From contig NC_068981.1 of the NCBI RefSeq assembly GCF_001194135.2, positions 156,426,101-156,490,100 of the forward strand: a stretch of 64,000 nt of DNA, given 5' to 3'. The number at the start of each line of letters is the position of its first letter. Positions within the stretch are counted from its first letter, which is position 1. A program made the translations under genes and the position numbers. Under the pieces are notes generated by a model. It had not been told where the DNA came from. It saw only the letters and a list, made by a program, of their open reading frames with translations, and ran no database searches. Of this stretch, positions 48,540 through 62,428 are shown one piece after another. The stretch is from Octopus bimaculoides (lineage: Eukaryota).

Positions 48540-48843
48540 TATGTGGGCACAGGACGTCATGAAACGTGTACAATAACAAAAAAATACGAAGCACGAGTAC
48601 ATGGAACATGAACTATTCTTTTGAACAACGAAAGAGACGAATGGAAAACAAAACAAACAACATAAAGAACGACCCTTCATTAGTTGCTGGATGTTTTTCT
48701 AGTCTCATATTTCGAGCATTTAACAACAATATACACTTTCGATAAAACAGTTGCTCCCGCAAAGCAAATTAAATAAAATTTGGGATTTTGCAGAGGTTCA
48801 AAATTGGTAACACAAACAGGACAGTGAAAACAAACAGGGAGGG
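48540..48843 (-). mobile_element. Probable PLE 3' end (GIY-YIG C-terminus plus pLTR), probably continuous with 47327-47550
   Basis: Minus-strand reading PILNLCKIPNFI*FALREQLFYRKCILLLN resembles the R...E..FI......LN ending of PLE endonucleases; same strand as the hammerhead-like motif on the other side of the LTR. Confidence 0.45.
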
Positions 48844-48845
48844 CA

Positions 48846-49623
48846 GCATGAAATTTTGATACAATATAAAGGACATAATAAAAATTAATATGCACAAGCC
48901 AAATTTTGCAACACCACTACATCACATATGAAAAATTACATCGCTTAAATGGCAGCCATTTTCGGCTTCGCACACATGTGCTCTTTCCAAAACTTGCACC
49001 ATAACACTCTCAAGAGTTTCAGACCCCATTTCTCTGATTTCTCTATTGATGTTCTCCTTCAGTTGCACCAGGGTATCTGGTTTGTTGATGTAAACCCTCT
49101 CTGTCAGGTATCCCCACAAGAAAAAATCCAGGCTAGTCAAATCTGGGGTTCGTGAAGGCCATTCAAAGTAGACCTCACTCAGGGTTCTAGCAAGATGGGG
49201 CAACTGCTCATACCACAAGAGAAACAATGCAGTTGCTACGGCACTGCTTTGGAGAGAGAATAATCTCCTGTTATGGCAATGTCAACTCCTCAGACTTGAC
49301 TCGCCCAGATTTTCTCTTGTGGGTTTACATCAACAAACTGTAGATTCTGGTGCAACTGGAAGAGAACATCAATAGAGAAATCAGAGAAGTGGGGTCTGAA
49401 ACTCTTGAGGCTGTTATGGTGCAAGTTTTGGAAAGAGCACGGGCATGTGAAGCCGAAAATGGGTGCCATTTTAGTGATGTCATTTTTCATATGTGATGTA
49501 GTGGTGTTGCAAAATATGACTTGTGCATATTAATTTCCATATCAAAATTTCATGCATTTATTTGTAAAGTTAAGGAACTTATTAAAAATTGAAACCCATC
49601 AGGGACTTTTGGAACACCCAGTG
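48846..49623. mobile_element. Tc1/mariner-superfamily fold-back derivative
   Basis: Inverted arms ~48846-49150 and ~49285-49556, each encoding the transposase C-terminus (WPSRTPDLTSLDFFLWGYL..RVY..KPDTL.QLKENI); right end GGAACACCCAGTG|TA. Confidence 0.85.
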
Positions 49624-49826
49624 TATAGACACACAGATACATACATACATACATTTGTGTACACCCATGCTAATGTGTGTGTGTGGTGTGTGTGAGTATG
49701 CGCACATGCGTGTGTGTTTTCATGCCAATGTGTGTTTGAACACATGCATTTATACTAACACACACACACATACATACATACATACATACGTAAATACATA
49801 CATACATGCATACATACATGTGTATG

Positions 49827-49857
<31 letters not shown>

Positions 49858-51861
49858 GTGTGTGAGTGTGTGTGAACAAACACATACATATTTAATTCAG
49901 AAAAATACGACTTCCTATCGTACATAGTGCAAGCATATATATATTTATATCTGATAAAGAAATCAATACGTCAGGATTGAATGGATAGATATGTTTATTG
50001 TATAACAGTTTACAAGTGTTTGTATAGAGAATATATAATATAGTATTCTGTGAGAGAAATATTTGAAATAACATTGTAATTGTATGTGTACATGTGTATG
50101 AATAACTCTCTTAGTATGTGTGTATATATATTTCAATGCTGTTATACAAAACACACACACACACACAGTTTCTCATATTTCGTTATTTGAAAGTATCATC
50201 ATCACTTTCCATATTTGCATAGTGTTAGTCAGGTTTCACAGTTACATTGAGTTCACTATAACTAATTTATTTTCTCCACCCTAGATGGAAGAAATTCAAC
50301 CCTGGTGGAACCTAATGCAAGAACTGAAAAAGTTGGATCTAAACACTAAATAGCATTTCCAGTTAAAAAATAATCATTTTGACCATCTCTTGCCCTCCGT
50401 TTAACAAAATATACTAACTTATAAATTATACATACTAAACTTACCAGAACAGTCATAAACTTATATAAATAAAACTAATATGTGATTGATAGACTGGTAA
50501 CAGCTTTCTTTCTTTCTTAAATTTCTGTTTCCTATTTACTACATGGATAAGATGATAAATTTTGAATGATGATATAACAAGCTATTTGAACATCAGCATT
50601 TATACTTAAGTCGATGTGGCTCTCACTTCTTATATTTGGACCAATCAAAATTCGCCACATATGAGTTTAAAATAAAATGAATGTATGGTGGATTTTACGT
50701 ATAAATTTTATAACAAAACAGTTAGAAAATGAGAATTTATTTTGACGGAGCAGTTTTTGCTCTCTCTACTGTGCAGAACCATGGAAGTATGTTTTTTCAT
50801 GTGTGAGAATCAATTTTACTGCTGCAGGAGTTCAAAATTTAATAGAAGAAATTATCTCATGTGATTATATGCAATGCTATACAGTCTCAGTAACTAATCT
50901 ACAATTTTTTAAACTTGTCAATGACGTTGCTATGAATTAAATTAATTTTGATTTTCTAAAGCTAAAGAAGAACAAGAAAATTTAAACAATTGTAACCTAA
51001 ATGAATTATTAAAAACAAGATAATAGATAGCAGAGCCAATAGGAAACTAATCTATCAGTTATGTGTTTGGCAATGGTATGTTCTGTCTTCAGGATTGTTG
51101 TGTCCTAAGTAGAAACACTTAACATGCACTACTAGAATTTTACTATTTTAATTTTTTAAGTTTTATTTCATTTAACCAGAGAGGCAACAGCTGTACCCAT
51201 GAAAATTTATTAAAAAATCTTTTTACTATCATAAACGCTTGCACCAGAGTGGACTTTACTAAGTACATCCAAGGCTATGGATGAAGTCAACCATCCAAAA
51301 ACTCAGAATATAAAAGCATGGTGGGTTAGCAATAGCAATGTTTAGTAATTAATGAATTGTCTTGCAGTGATCAGTTCAATTCCTCCCAAAGGAAAAGCTA
51401 CTCATTATAAATCAATGTTCCTGAAGGATAACATGGTGTTTCTGCTTCTGCAATTACAGACATCCTAGGCTACATCATCTTAAAAGAAGGTCACTCAATT
51501 GATAGACAGTAACATAGTGCAACCACTGACTCACAAATGCGACCTTTACTATCATAGCTACATCTATTATGACTTCAAGGGCTCTGATCTTCTGAATCAG
51601 GAAGTTTCTCCTCCCTTTATACCCAATCTCTCACCACTTAGATCCTATATGAGACACTTTGCCCAGAATTTCAACCTTCTGGAATTTTCTCACCATGCAC
51701 ATATTTCTGGTATGCAGTGAACTATAGATGTTTAAGCTGGACACCATCGATCCAATCATTCTGGAAGAGCCTGTTAAAGGCCTCAAGTATTGCCACTCTG
51801 TATTTCTTTTATATTAAAAATATAAAAATAAAAACCAGGAATAAACACTTACTCTATAGGT

Positions 51862-52042
51862 CAGTGGCCCCAACCTGTTTAACATCCAGGCCAGATCCCA
51901 AACCTGGATATTTTAGGAGTCTGCACTGCAAAAAATCAAACATCAGTCAATTGAAGAAAATTTTATATTTATAGAGGGAAGGCTGCTGGAAGGATGCTTG
52001 AGGGCTGCTCAAGGCCCTGAGAGCCACAGTTGAGAATCATTG
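51862..52042. mobile_element. Older hAT-type MITE
   Basis: CAGTGGCCCCAAC... / ...GTTGAGAATCATTG; imperfect 8-bp TSD (5/8). Confidence 0.6.
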
Positions 52043-52448
52043 TGATAGATTGTTATGACTAAGAAAAGGATTGGACTTGCAAAATAATTTAACTCATATA
52101 TATTTTTGCTTTGTATTATATATAAATATGTGTGTGTGTGTTAATGCAGTAGCTAAAAACAGAAAACCAGTAAAGTTGTCAAATTGAAAAATCTAGAACT
52201 ACAATTCTTAATCTCAATTATGTAGCTTGTTTTCTTTCTCACACACACTCTCTCTATTTTCCTCTCTCACTCTCTTTCTCTTTCTCTCTCCCCATCTCTT
52301 TCTCTCCCTCTCACTCGCACTTTCTCTCATTCTCTCTTTATTTTATTCTAGTTAATACTTTTACTTTTAACCTCCCCAAGCAGATCTAAACAGGTTTTGA
52401 AATGCTTTTAGCTGTCACTAGAATAGTCACATACCCCCCCCCTCTCTT

Positions 52449-52482
<34 letters not shown>

Positions 52483-52815
52483 TAAACTACACATTGAAAC
52501 ATATGTGTTTGTGTGTGTGTATGCATCTAGCTAGATAAATAGAGTGATATGGATATATAGTTATGTACATATTCACACACAAATAGCTCACCAAACCGCA
52601 ACTTCCAACAGGTAACAAGAGTTGGAAGAAATACCATAAAGCTTTGTTTTTCCATTAGTTAATCTATTTTGCTTATCCTCCATACTTAATATAATTGTTT
52701 CTAATTTAGGCACAAGGCTAGCAAAATTATTTTGATTACAGTTCTTGACTGGTACTTTACCTTATTGACACAGGAGGGATGAAAGGCAGAGTGAACCTCA
52801 GAAGGATCTGAACTC

Positions 52816-52875
<60 letters not shown>

Positions 52876-52884
52876 TAATAAGGT

Positions 52885-53645
52885 TTCATATTGGCAGCAC
52901 AAGATCAAAGCTTGCTTACCAAAACCAGTCAAAACGGTTCTGACCCTAAGTGCAGATTCTGCAATAATTTTGATGAAACAATAGACCATCTCGTCTTGGG
53001 ATTACCCATGCTGACTCCAAACGAATACAAAAATTTCCATGATGGGGTAGGACAGTATTTACATTGGAAAATATGTAAACACTTCAAAATCAGTACTCCT
53101 GCTTACTGATATAAACATCACTATCCTCTGGGATTTTCCAGTCAACACTGACAGAACAATCCAAGCTAATTGATCAGACATAGTCATTAAAGACAGAGAA
53201 GAAAATACTTGTAGACTTATAGATGTAAGTGTTCCCACTGACAAAAATATATCTGTAAAGGAATTTGACAAATTAAGTAAATATAAGGACCTGGAAATTG
53301 AAATACAAAAGATGTGGCATCTTAAAGCAAGAACTGTTCCTGTTATTGTGGGTGCTCTTGGTATGATAAAAAAGGAATGTCAGAAACATCTAGATAATAT
53401 CCCAGGAGAACCATGTCTCAGAGAAATCCAAAAGATTGTGCTGACAAGTTCTGCCCACATCCTTAGAAAAACCATATCAATTTAAATATATGTGTTGTAT
53501 TACATGAAGATATTTCCCTACTGCCCCTGCCACTTCACCTCCCCAAGCTTTCAGTCATTCTGTAACATCTCTTATCTTTCACTTGCTGTAGGATGCTAGG
53601 TATGTCTCAGTGAGTGATTGTAACAAACATGCAGATTAAAAGTAA
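52885..53645 (+). mobile_element. R4/Dong 3' portion (CCHC knuckle plus RLE) inserted after (TAA)n
   Basis: AAQDQSLLTK..DPKCRFCNNFDETIDHLV..YKNFHDGVGQYLHWKIC, DIVIKDREENTCRLIDVSVP.DKNISVKEFDKLSKYKDLEIE, and VPVIVGALG. Confidence 0.9.
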
Positions 53646-53671
53646 ATAATGATGATGATGATGATGATGAT

Positions 53672-54205
53672 TGCCCTGATGCAGTACCAGACAGAGGCTC
53701 ACATGGCTTCTGATCTTAACTGATTGGAAGTACATCTACATGTTTTGTCTTGGTATAAAAGATGGGCTACAACAAATATTCTGCTCAATACCACAAATTT
53801 GCTCGTCAGTTTGACCTTAACCAGTTGAGCATGTCCCTTAGTGGCTGATGATATATGCATCTCTGATTATGAGCAGAAAATATGTGCACCTCTGATTACG
53901 AGCCATGCGTTGAGAGGAATTCTTTGGGGTTTGGATAATTCACTTCTAGAAACATGGGTGTTTCGTTTAATATCCTTAACCTTTATTCAGGGACCTTTTG
54001 AGTGGGATGGGCTACTCAGTCTGAAAAAAATTCTAACTTGGCCCCACCTGCAAGGTCATGCACTGTTTATCTTGATATGAGATTACCATGTCATGCACAT
54101 TTGGTTGTGAGGCATGTGCCTGGAATACCCTTATCAGATTGGTATACTGGGCTTCATATATTTAACTCCAGTGTCAGTTTGATGGCATGCACTGCTCTCT
54201 CACTC
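53672..54205. repeat. Unclassified ~530-bp non-coding element between (GAT)n and (AAT)n tracts
   Basis: More GC-rich than the flanks, no convincing ORF, sharp microsatellite boundaries. Confidence 0.5.
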
Positions 54206-54272
<67 letters not shown>

Positions 54273-54470
54273 GTTTCAAATTTTAGCACAAGGCCAACAA
54301 GTTTAGGACAGGGGGTAAGTTGATTACACCAACCCCAGTGCTCAACTGATACTAATTTTATTGACACCCTAAAGGATGAAAAGCAAAGTCGACCTTGGTG
54401 GAATTTGAGCTCTGAATGTAAAGACTAAGCATTTTGCCCAGCATGCTACTGATTCTACCAGCTTGCCACC

Positions 54471-54554
<84 letters not shown>

Positions 54555-54854
54555 TAATTAATTAATTAATAGTAATGACCAGTGTTGCATTACTAGCACT
54601 TGTGCTGGTGGCACGTAAAAAATATCATTTGAGCGTGGCCGTTGCCAGTACTGCCTGACTGGCCCTCGTGCTGGTGGCATGTAAAAGCACCCACTACACT
54701 CTCAGAGAGGTTGGCGTTAGGAAAGGCATCCAGCTGTAGAAACTCTGCCAGATCAGATTGGAGCCTGGTGCAGCCATCTGGTTTGCCAGTCCTCAGCCAA
54801 ATCGTCCAACTCATGCTAGCATGGAAAGCAGACTTTAAATGATGATGATGATGA

Positions 54855-55250
54855 GGGATGAAGGAAACCAAGATCATAGATATTCCTATACCTGGGGATA
54901 CACAGGTGAGTGACAAAGAGCTCAAAAGATGGAAAAACACAAGCTACTAAAAGATGAAATAGCACAAATGTGAGCAATTCAGAGAGTAACTGTCATTACA
55001 ATAGTTATAGGGGCACTGAGAGCATTAATAACCAAGTTTAAGAAATTCTTTGGTGGAAATGGGATTGACATGAGAGTAGAACATCAGAAGACTACTCTAT
55101 TGGGGACAGTGAGGATCATGAGATTGGTACTTGGATGCTATGTATCGTGGAAAGAGACCCTGTGAGACCTTTGACAACAGACTGCTGTCCACTCTTACAA
55201 AATTAATCAGAGCAAGTGAAGTTGAGAGCTCTGAGAAGTGAAATGGATAT
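54855..55250 (+). mobile_element. Another R4/Dong 3'-end fragment
   Basis: KIIDIPIPGDTQVSDKELKRWKNTS...VITIVIGAL...LLGTVRIMRLVL-like reading, ending in (TAA)n. Confidence 0.7.
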
Positions 55251-55891
55251 AATAATAATAATAATATCATCATCATCATCATCATCATTTAATGTCCATT
55301 GAAAGGTTTGACAAGAGCTGTGTAGCTGAAGAGCTGCCCAGGCTCCATGTCTTGTTTCGACATGGTTTCTACAGAGGGATGCCTTTCCTAACGCCAACCA
55401 CTTTTTATGGAAGAAATTCCAAGCTCGAACCCTTACTACTTTTTCAGTATCTTGTAAAAGGAAAAGAGCAAAGGAGTCAACCTTGACAGCAAATCAAAGG
55501 AAGTAGCCCCTCAAGTAGTCTGGTGTCCTTTTTGACAACTCCAGAGTAGTTGCAGCTCTCTAGCCCTGTAAGGCAATTTACAATGAAGAAAGCCACTCCA
55601 ATCTAAATCTTACAGCTTGCTGGTCATGGCAGTTATCTTAAGCCTGCTGAGTCACTGTTAATTTGTCAAGTCTAAAGAACAGGATTGGATTGTGAGGAGG
55701 GACTCTCTATTAAGCACAGACAGGAGAAAAACCCTGCATCATCAAGGATCATTTTAGCCAATTAAGGACATACTACTTTTCATCATGATCTTTGGGCATG
55801 AAGGAACTGCCATCAATATAAAGGAAGAGTGTCTAGTTTAGATGATTGTCTGAGAGAGAATAGGATAAGGGAGAGAGAATGAATAGGAAGA

Positions 55892-56001
<110 letters not shown>

Positions 56002-56833
56002 AAAGAATGGTAAGAACAGAGAATTTATTATTATTTGAAGTTTTGTTTTGAATTTTTAAAATACCTGTTTTGAGTTGAAATGCATGAAAAAATTTCAGTC
56101 AGGTTTTGACAAAAATCTGTTATGGCATTCATCTAATCTGTGATTATAAAGGGTTTTTTTTTCTGTTTATCATCATTATTATTATTATTATGGCGCTGAG
56201 TTGGCAGAATCATATGTGTGTTGGACAAAATGCTTTGCAGCATTTCTTTTGCCTCTTTACGTTCGGAGTTTAAATTCTTCTGAGATTGACTTTGCCTTTT
56301 ATCCTTTCAGGGTTGATCAAATAAGTACCAATTGAGCACTGGTGTCAATTTTATTGACTAGTCCCTCCTTAAGAATTTCAGACCTTGTGCCTATAGTGGA
56401 AAAGATTATTATTCCCCTCCCTCAAAATAGTTGGCCTTGTGCCAAAATGTGAAATCATTATTATTATTTATTTATTTATTTATTTATTTATCTTTTGACA
56501 TTTGATAGTTTCAGGCAAATTTCTATTGCATCAGCTACTATACCTCCATGTCACTGAGGTATGTGCAGCATTGCATGTTTTTTTGTTGTTTGGGGGAATG
56601 CAAGCTCTTCCCGGTATTGTACTGCATCTATTTGTTTTGCTATGGTGTTTGGTTGAAGTATTTTGTTGCGTTAGTGTTTGTATTGTGTGTTGCATGTATA
56701 ATGTGAGCTGTGTTCTCCTGTTGGGTGTCCAGTTTTTAGATTACATGCTGTGGGGGTGATTTAATTTATTGGATATTTACTGTATAGAGTGTTTCTTGTT
56801 TATGGATTGTTTTATTTGGGTTTGTTTAGTATA

Positions 56834-57100
56834 ATTATTCACTAAGGCAGAGGTATTGTTTTCAGTCATGTTTGTTTGTTTGACCGTGGACAAGATATCA
56901 CAAGAACAGCTGGATGGATTTGAATGAAACTTTCAGGGATGGTTGACCTCGTGAATGGCACAAACTGATTAAATTTTGGGATTGATCGCGTCCTGGACAA
57001 GGATTCTATATTATTTTCCGTTTTTTTTTACTTTATTTTTGAGAGTGGTCAGGTTCAACTTCTAGTTTATGGATTTATAAACCTTCTTTTATAATGGTAG
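56834..57100 (+). mobile_element. Helentron/DINE-like non-autonomous element
   Basis: Starts TTATT..CTAAGGCAGAGGTATTGTTTTCAGTCATGTTTGTTTGTTTG, then GGATGGATTTGAATGAAACTTTCAGG and ATTAAATTTTGG, the layout recalled for HINE/DINE-1-like elements. Confidence 0.6.
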
Positions 57101-57429
57101 AGATAACAAAAGATGCCCCAAGATGCACTGAATTGACTAACTGGAAATGGTGTTGATTTTAATGTAACAGTGATTTTGTATTTTTTATTGAGCAGGGGAC
57201 CAGATTGAAATTTGCTGTGGGCTGTGTTTGATACTCCTATTCTAAAGTATCTCCTTTACCCACATAGCAGTTCATGATAATACTGCTATGCCAGTCACTG
57301 GGAATACCACCTCCTACCTACATGAGTATGCCCTACTTAGCCAGCTATTTTAAGCATCTTGAGACTGTTTCTGACTATTATTAGAAATAAAACCTCATAC
57401 CTAATTATAAGTAACCAGGATGTTGTACT

Positions 57430-57730
57430 CTGTCACCTATTTTAAGCATTTTGAGATTATCCCTGCTTTCTTATCCTTAATGGTCTTTTCTATCATCTGG
57501 TAGTCAATTTCAACAGCGATTCCCTCCACTGGATCCACTTGGGATAATCCCATTTTTACACACATATTTTTCTTATTCAGCAACTGATTGAAGTATTGCT
57601 TGTATGCCTCTTTTTTTCTTAGCTTCAGTGTGAGTACATTAATATCATTGTGTGCAATGTTTGTCAGTCTTGATAGACACTGACACATTGCCTTGCAATT
57701 GGATCGTCTCATTGTGCAGAACACCAACAA
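57430..57730 (-). mobile_element. Old RTE LINE remnant (linker between EN and RT)
   Basis: KEAYKQYFNQLLNKKN...VEGIAVEIDYQMIEKTIKDKKAG (cf. W.EYF..LLN.EN...VEGP). Confidence 0.6.
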
Positions 57731-60138
57731 ACCTCACTTGATATTAGTTGCTCTCCACCTTCCCATGTTTGTATGGCTCTCTTTTTTACTATTTAACTAG
57801 CATGTCACTATGGGAACTTATTCTGTCCGTAAACCTAGTCTGGAGACTGAACAAATGTCCAAGTGTCATCTGTCTCTTCCTCCTTGTCAAAACATTGCAG
57901 TGTGTTTTGAAAGTTAACTATGGTACATTGAACAGTTAGTTTCTATAGCTGTCCAGTACCTTGGGCAAGGGTCTTCTGCAATAGCTCTGGGATGACCAAA
58001 GTCTTATGAGTAGATTTGGTAGATGGAAATCCACTCACAAAAAAAGTCCATCTTAAATATGTTTGTCTCTTTGTTTTCTCCTTGTTGTCAACAAACATCA
58101 TCACTATACAAATAGTGTCATTAGAATGCTATTTTCTGTGAAAATATGTCCAGCCACTGTGCTGTTCATGTTCAAAGAATTAGAGGAAATGGCTCCATGC
58201 AAGCTTGGGGAAGCAGACAACAATGACAATGATGATTATCTGCCTTCTCCAAGTTATCTCTAAGTTTATACATCACTGGGGGGAAAATTTAGTATTTATA
58301 ATTTGGTGTTATCATGCTTTCTTGTGAAAATGATGTCTACCTAGCTAGCAGGTTTCTGAGTGTTAGCTGGTTTTCTGAAATATATGTTAAAAATGTTTAA
58401 GTTAGTTGCATCACAGAAGTTGAAGAGACTTGATCCCTCTTCATTACTATATCTTACATGTCATTTTGATATTATCCAACATATCTAATTAAATTACCAG
58501 CCTTTATAATGAAGTCACTGTCGTCCGCTTTAGAAGTAGACTAAATTTTTTGCTCATTTGTCAGTCCTGATTGCAGTGCATTTGCAAAGGATGTTATTAT
58601 TACCATGTTGCTTATGATGTCAAGACTTAATTATTACACCATACTCTACTCCAACCACCCAAAAGAATTTGCAGTTCTGGAGTTAAACCACAGCTAAACA
58701 TCATCACTCACTTTGTACACAACACACAGCTGCTCACTCCTATCATCTCCACAATCTACTTCCATCATGCTAGGTTTAACAGTGACAACCTTTAAGTTCT
58801 GCATCTCAAGGGAAGAGAATTGCTGAGATTGCTTGATGGTGATTGAGGTGGAGCGCTCACACCTGGTTGTCCCACCATCAAGCACAACATTAACAATAAT
58901 AGTAGATAGTTCAGTTAACATTTTCACTAAATTTCATATTTTTGGATATAATTTGGTAAGATTTTTACAACTTGATATCCTACCAATCAACAACTACTTT
59001 ACCAATGAATTAAATGCATTTTGGTATGATACCAGCAAGAGAGGATAATTGCACCTGTATACAAGAACTTTTATTCAGTTACTGTTCTCATAAATGGGTT
59101 GCTGAGTTGACACCTTTTCTGTAAAAATAAAACAAACAAAATTCCTTTTTGCTGGTTTCTGGATTTGTTTGGAGTGCCTAACTCTATAGACACATCACCT
59201 TCACTATCTGTCAATGATATTGCTTGCAGTGGGGTAAGTAAGATTGCATTAAGTAGTCTAAAACTGTATCCACAGCATAAGTAGATGGTACCATCATCAT
59301 TTTACAATTACTTCTTTATGCAGGCATGGGTTAGGTGGGTCAAACGTCTTGCTCATATGTTCATTTTGGCATGATATCTGCAGCTGGCTATTCTTCCTAT
59401 CACTTTGCAAATTGAACTAAGTATATTTAACCATGACATCTTGAGTTGACTCCACCTGTACATTCCTTTCCTTCTCACTCAACTAGGTGTGTAGACAGTG
59501 ACAATTTGTCTTGTCACATGGGTGATGTGATAAGAGGGTAAGAGAAAAAACAAAAACTGTAACATCAATGTATTACACCTCATGTTATTTGCACATTTGT
59601 TTAACATGTCTATGAGTGAGAGAGATAACATACATTCTCATACACAATTTACATGTTTCATAGTGCGTTACAGGACTTTTCCTCATGTGCACAGTAAAAT
59701 CTACATTAAGTGCACAAACAGTCCGACAAAGTGAGCATTTGTTGTTCTAACTTTACACTGATATTGTCCCTATTTACAGCTACAAGAACTGGGACAGCTA
59801 AAGTAAAATTTTTACCAGCTCAATATAGTGCATTATCAGTGACAAGATATGAACCAGCCACCTTTTAGTTCATTGGTTGATAACTCATCATCAGCTAATT
59901 AACTAATTCTATCCAACAAATACTGAATATGAAAAAAGAAAAATCATAAAAGGACTTTCTTGGAGAAGTGTATATGTAAACAAATTTTTTTTAATAATTG
60001 GAAAAATGTGAGGAATCATCACTATTTCTATCCAACATTTTAGTAAAGTTCCAAATAAACTGTATTGAAATAAACAAATTCATTGTTACAGGAAAAACAA
60101 ATTTATTTAAGAAATTATGTGTTGTGATGTACTTTCTT

Positions 60139-60303
<165 letters not shown>

Positions 60304-60526
60304 TTAAGAAATAAGAAAATTGTCAGTTTGTCAATACCATACAAATAAATGGGAAATTTGTCAAGAATTTGTCATCTAACTATCAAGTCACAAAAAGGAA
60401 CATATAAATGCTACTAAAAGTAGTAACAGATCTTCTTCAAATCATACATAATTGGAACAAATATAGATAAAATGTAAAGAGTACTTTTATTTAATCTAGA
60501 ATCAATCTAGAATATTAAAGTATTAC

Positions 60527-60618
60527 CTGAGTGTGGAATTAGTTCCAGTCAAGCTGAGTAACTGTAAAGATTCATCACTGATGTGAATTGATTCAGTTTG
60601 TGAGCGAATACCTAGGAT
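60527..60618 (-). CDS. RUVBL1: RUVBL1 exon (92 nt)
   Basis: ctcaacag|ATC ... AG|gtaata; ILGIRSQTESIHISDESLQLLSLTGTNSTL(R). Confidence 0.96.
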
Positions 60619-61374
60619 CTGTTGAGGAAAAGGGTCAATGACCAAAATATAAAGACTCTTCTTTTAAAGAATTGCACATTTCTAAATTAATGAATAATAA
60701 ACAATCAAATTTCAATAACTGAACAAAAACCCTAACCAGTTGGTATTTAATAGAATTCAAAACAATTTACTTGAATGGTGATAAATTCATTGTCCCAAAC
60801 ATGCCTAAATTTTCATTCAAATGATTATATGATTATTTGAAATGTAATAATTGTTTTGTTTGCCTTGAAGTTAGAAAAGTTTTGTAACAAACCTGATATT
60901 ATACATTATCTAATTTTAATTAGAATTATTTGGCCAATGTAATCTAAATTTTGTATTTAATGTTTAATGTTAGAACAAAAAGTAAAACCAAACACTGTAC
61001 CAGTTCCAAATTCAGATATTTGTTGTCACCTACATATTTTTAAAGATCTGTTTGTAGATAGTATTTGTTTTAATAGCAAGAGTACCTTGTTTTCAACAAC
61101 TGAATTAAAAAGGAGCTGGTACAAAACTGGAGTAAAAATATATTCTACAGACAATAAAACGATTTATAATCATTGCATCATTCTACCTGACGATCATCAA
61201 TTGTACAATGTTCTCACAAATCATCAATCGTACAGAGTTATCTTAGCAACCATCAGTCTATACAGCTACCTTACCAACCATAAATTCATAGAGTTATCCA
61301 ACCGTTGTTACTAGTACACTAATGATCTTTGGTCACATAACACAACTTGGACTCAATGTTTTCTTCTTGAATTA

Positions 61375-61743
<369 letters not shown>

Positions 61744-62200
61744 TCAAGCTTTGCCATAGGAACTTGATCAACTCTAAAATGATTAATAAATTGACTCTAC
61801 TAACAGTATAGAGTCCCACCATCAGTAAATGGTGTTTGTTTTCTATAAACTACACACACACACACACGTCCATGCATACATATTAGCTGATACTTGATCA
61901 AAAAAATATTTACATCTTACATTGCAAAAAACTAAGTAGTTAAAATGGTCACCATCACAGAAAAAGAATAAAAGACATAACCAAATCGATAGTTTTCAAA
62001 GGAGCGCTGCAGTCTAAAAACACTGACACTAGCGCATGCTTGGTATTTAATCAAACTCAAAGAAATAATTGGCAAAGATGATATCAGAGAAACTTAAACT
62101 CAGAATGTGAAAAAATGTAACCAAATGTCCTGTATCTAATTCAATTCTACCATTTCTACAACTCAACTACCCTTGTAGAGATAACAGAAAACAAATATAA

Positions 62201-62428
62201 CCCCTTTAACATTTAAACAGACCATATCTGGCCAAAATATTCTACCCGTTTTATGTTCAAACCATCCAAATCCAACCTCTCGCACCTACCCTATAATATT
62301 AATAACAATAACCTTACAATAAAATAAACAATCACATCATTGAAATTTCAAAGTTACAAGATAATGCTTGATTAATTCAAAACAACGTGAATAAATGAGT
62401 ATTACAAAGTAATTTGAATGCTAAAGGG
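62201..62428. mobile_element. piggyBac-type MITE in a RUVBL1 intron
   Basis: Termini CCCCTTTAACATT / AATGCTAAAGGG with decayed TTAA-like flanks (ATAA/TTCA); related to 22693-22861. Confidence 0.7.

Noticed and set aside
53945-53995. Minus-strand CTGAATA...CGAAAC with a hairpin
   Set aside because: G8 is missing and there is no stem I; it is only a local hairpin.
58694-58927. 77-aa minus-strand ORF, possibly an old LINE endonuclease or an exon
   Set aside because: No recognisable motif or convincing splice sites.
60967-61314. 115-aa plus-strand ORF inside a RUVBL1 intron
   Set aside because: Non-ATG start, AT-rich and no recognisable homology.
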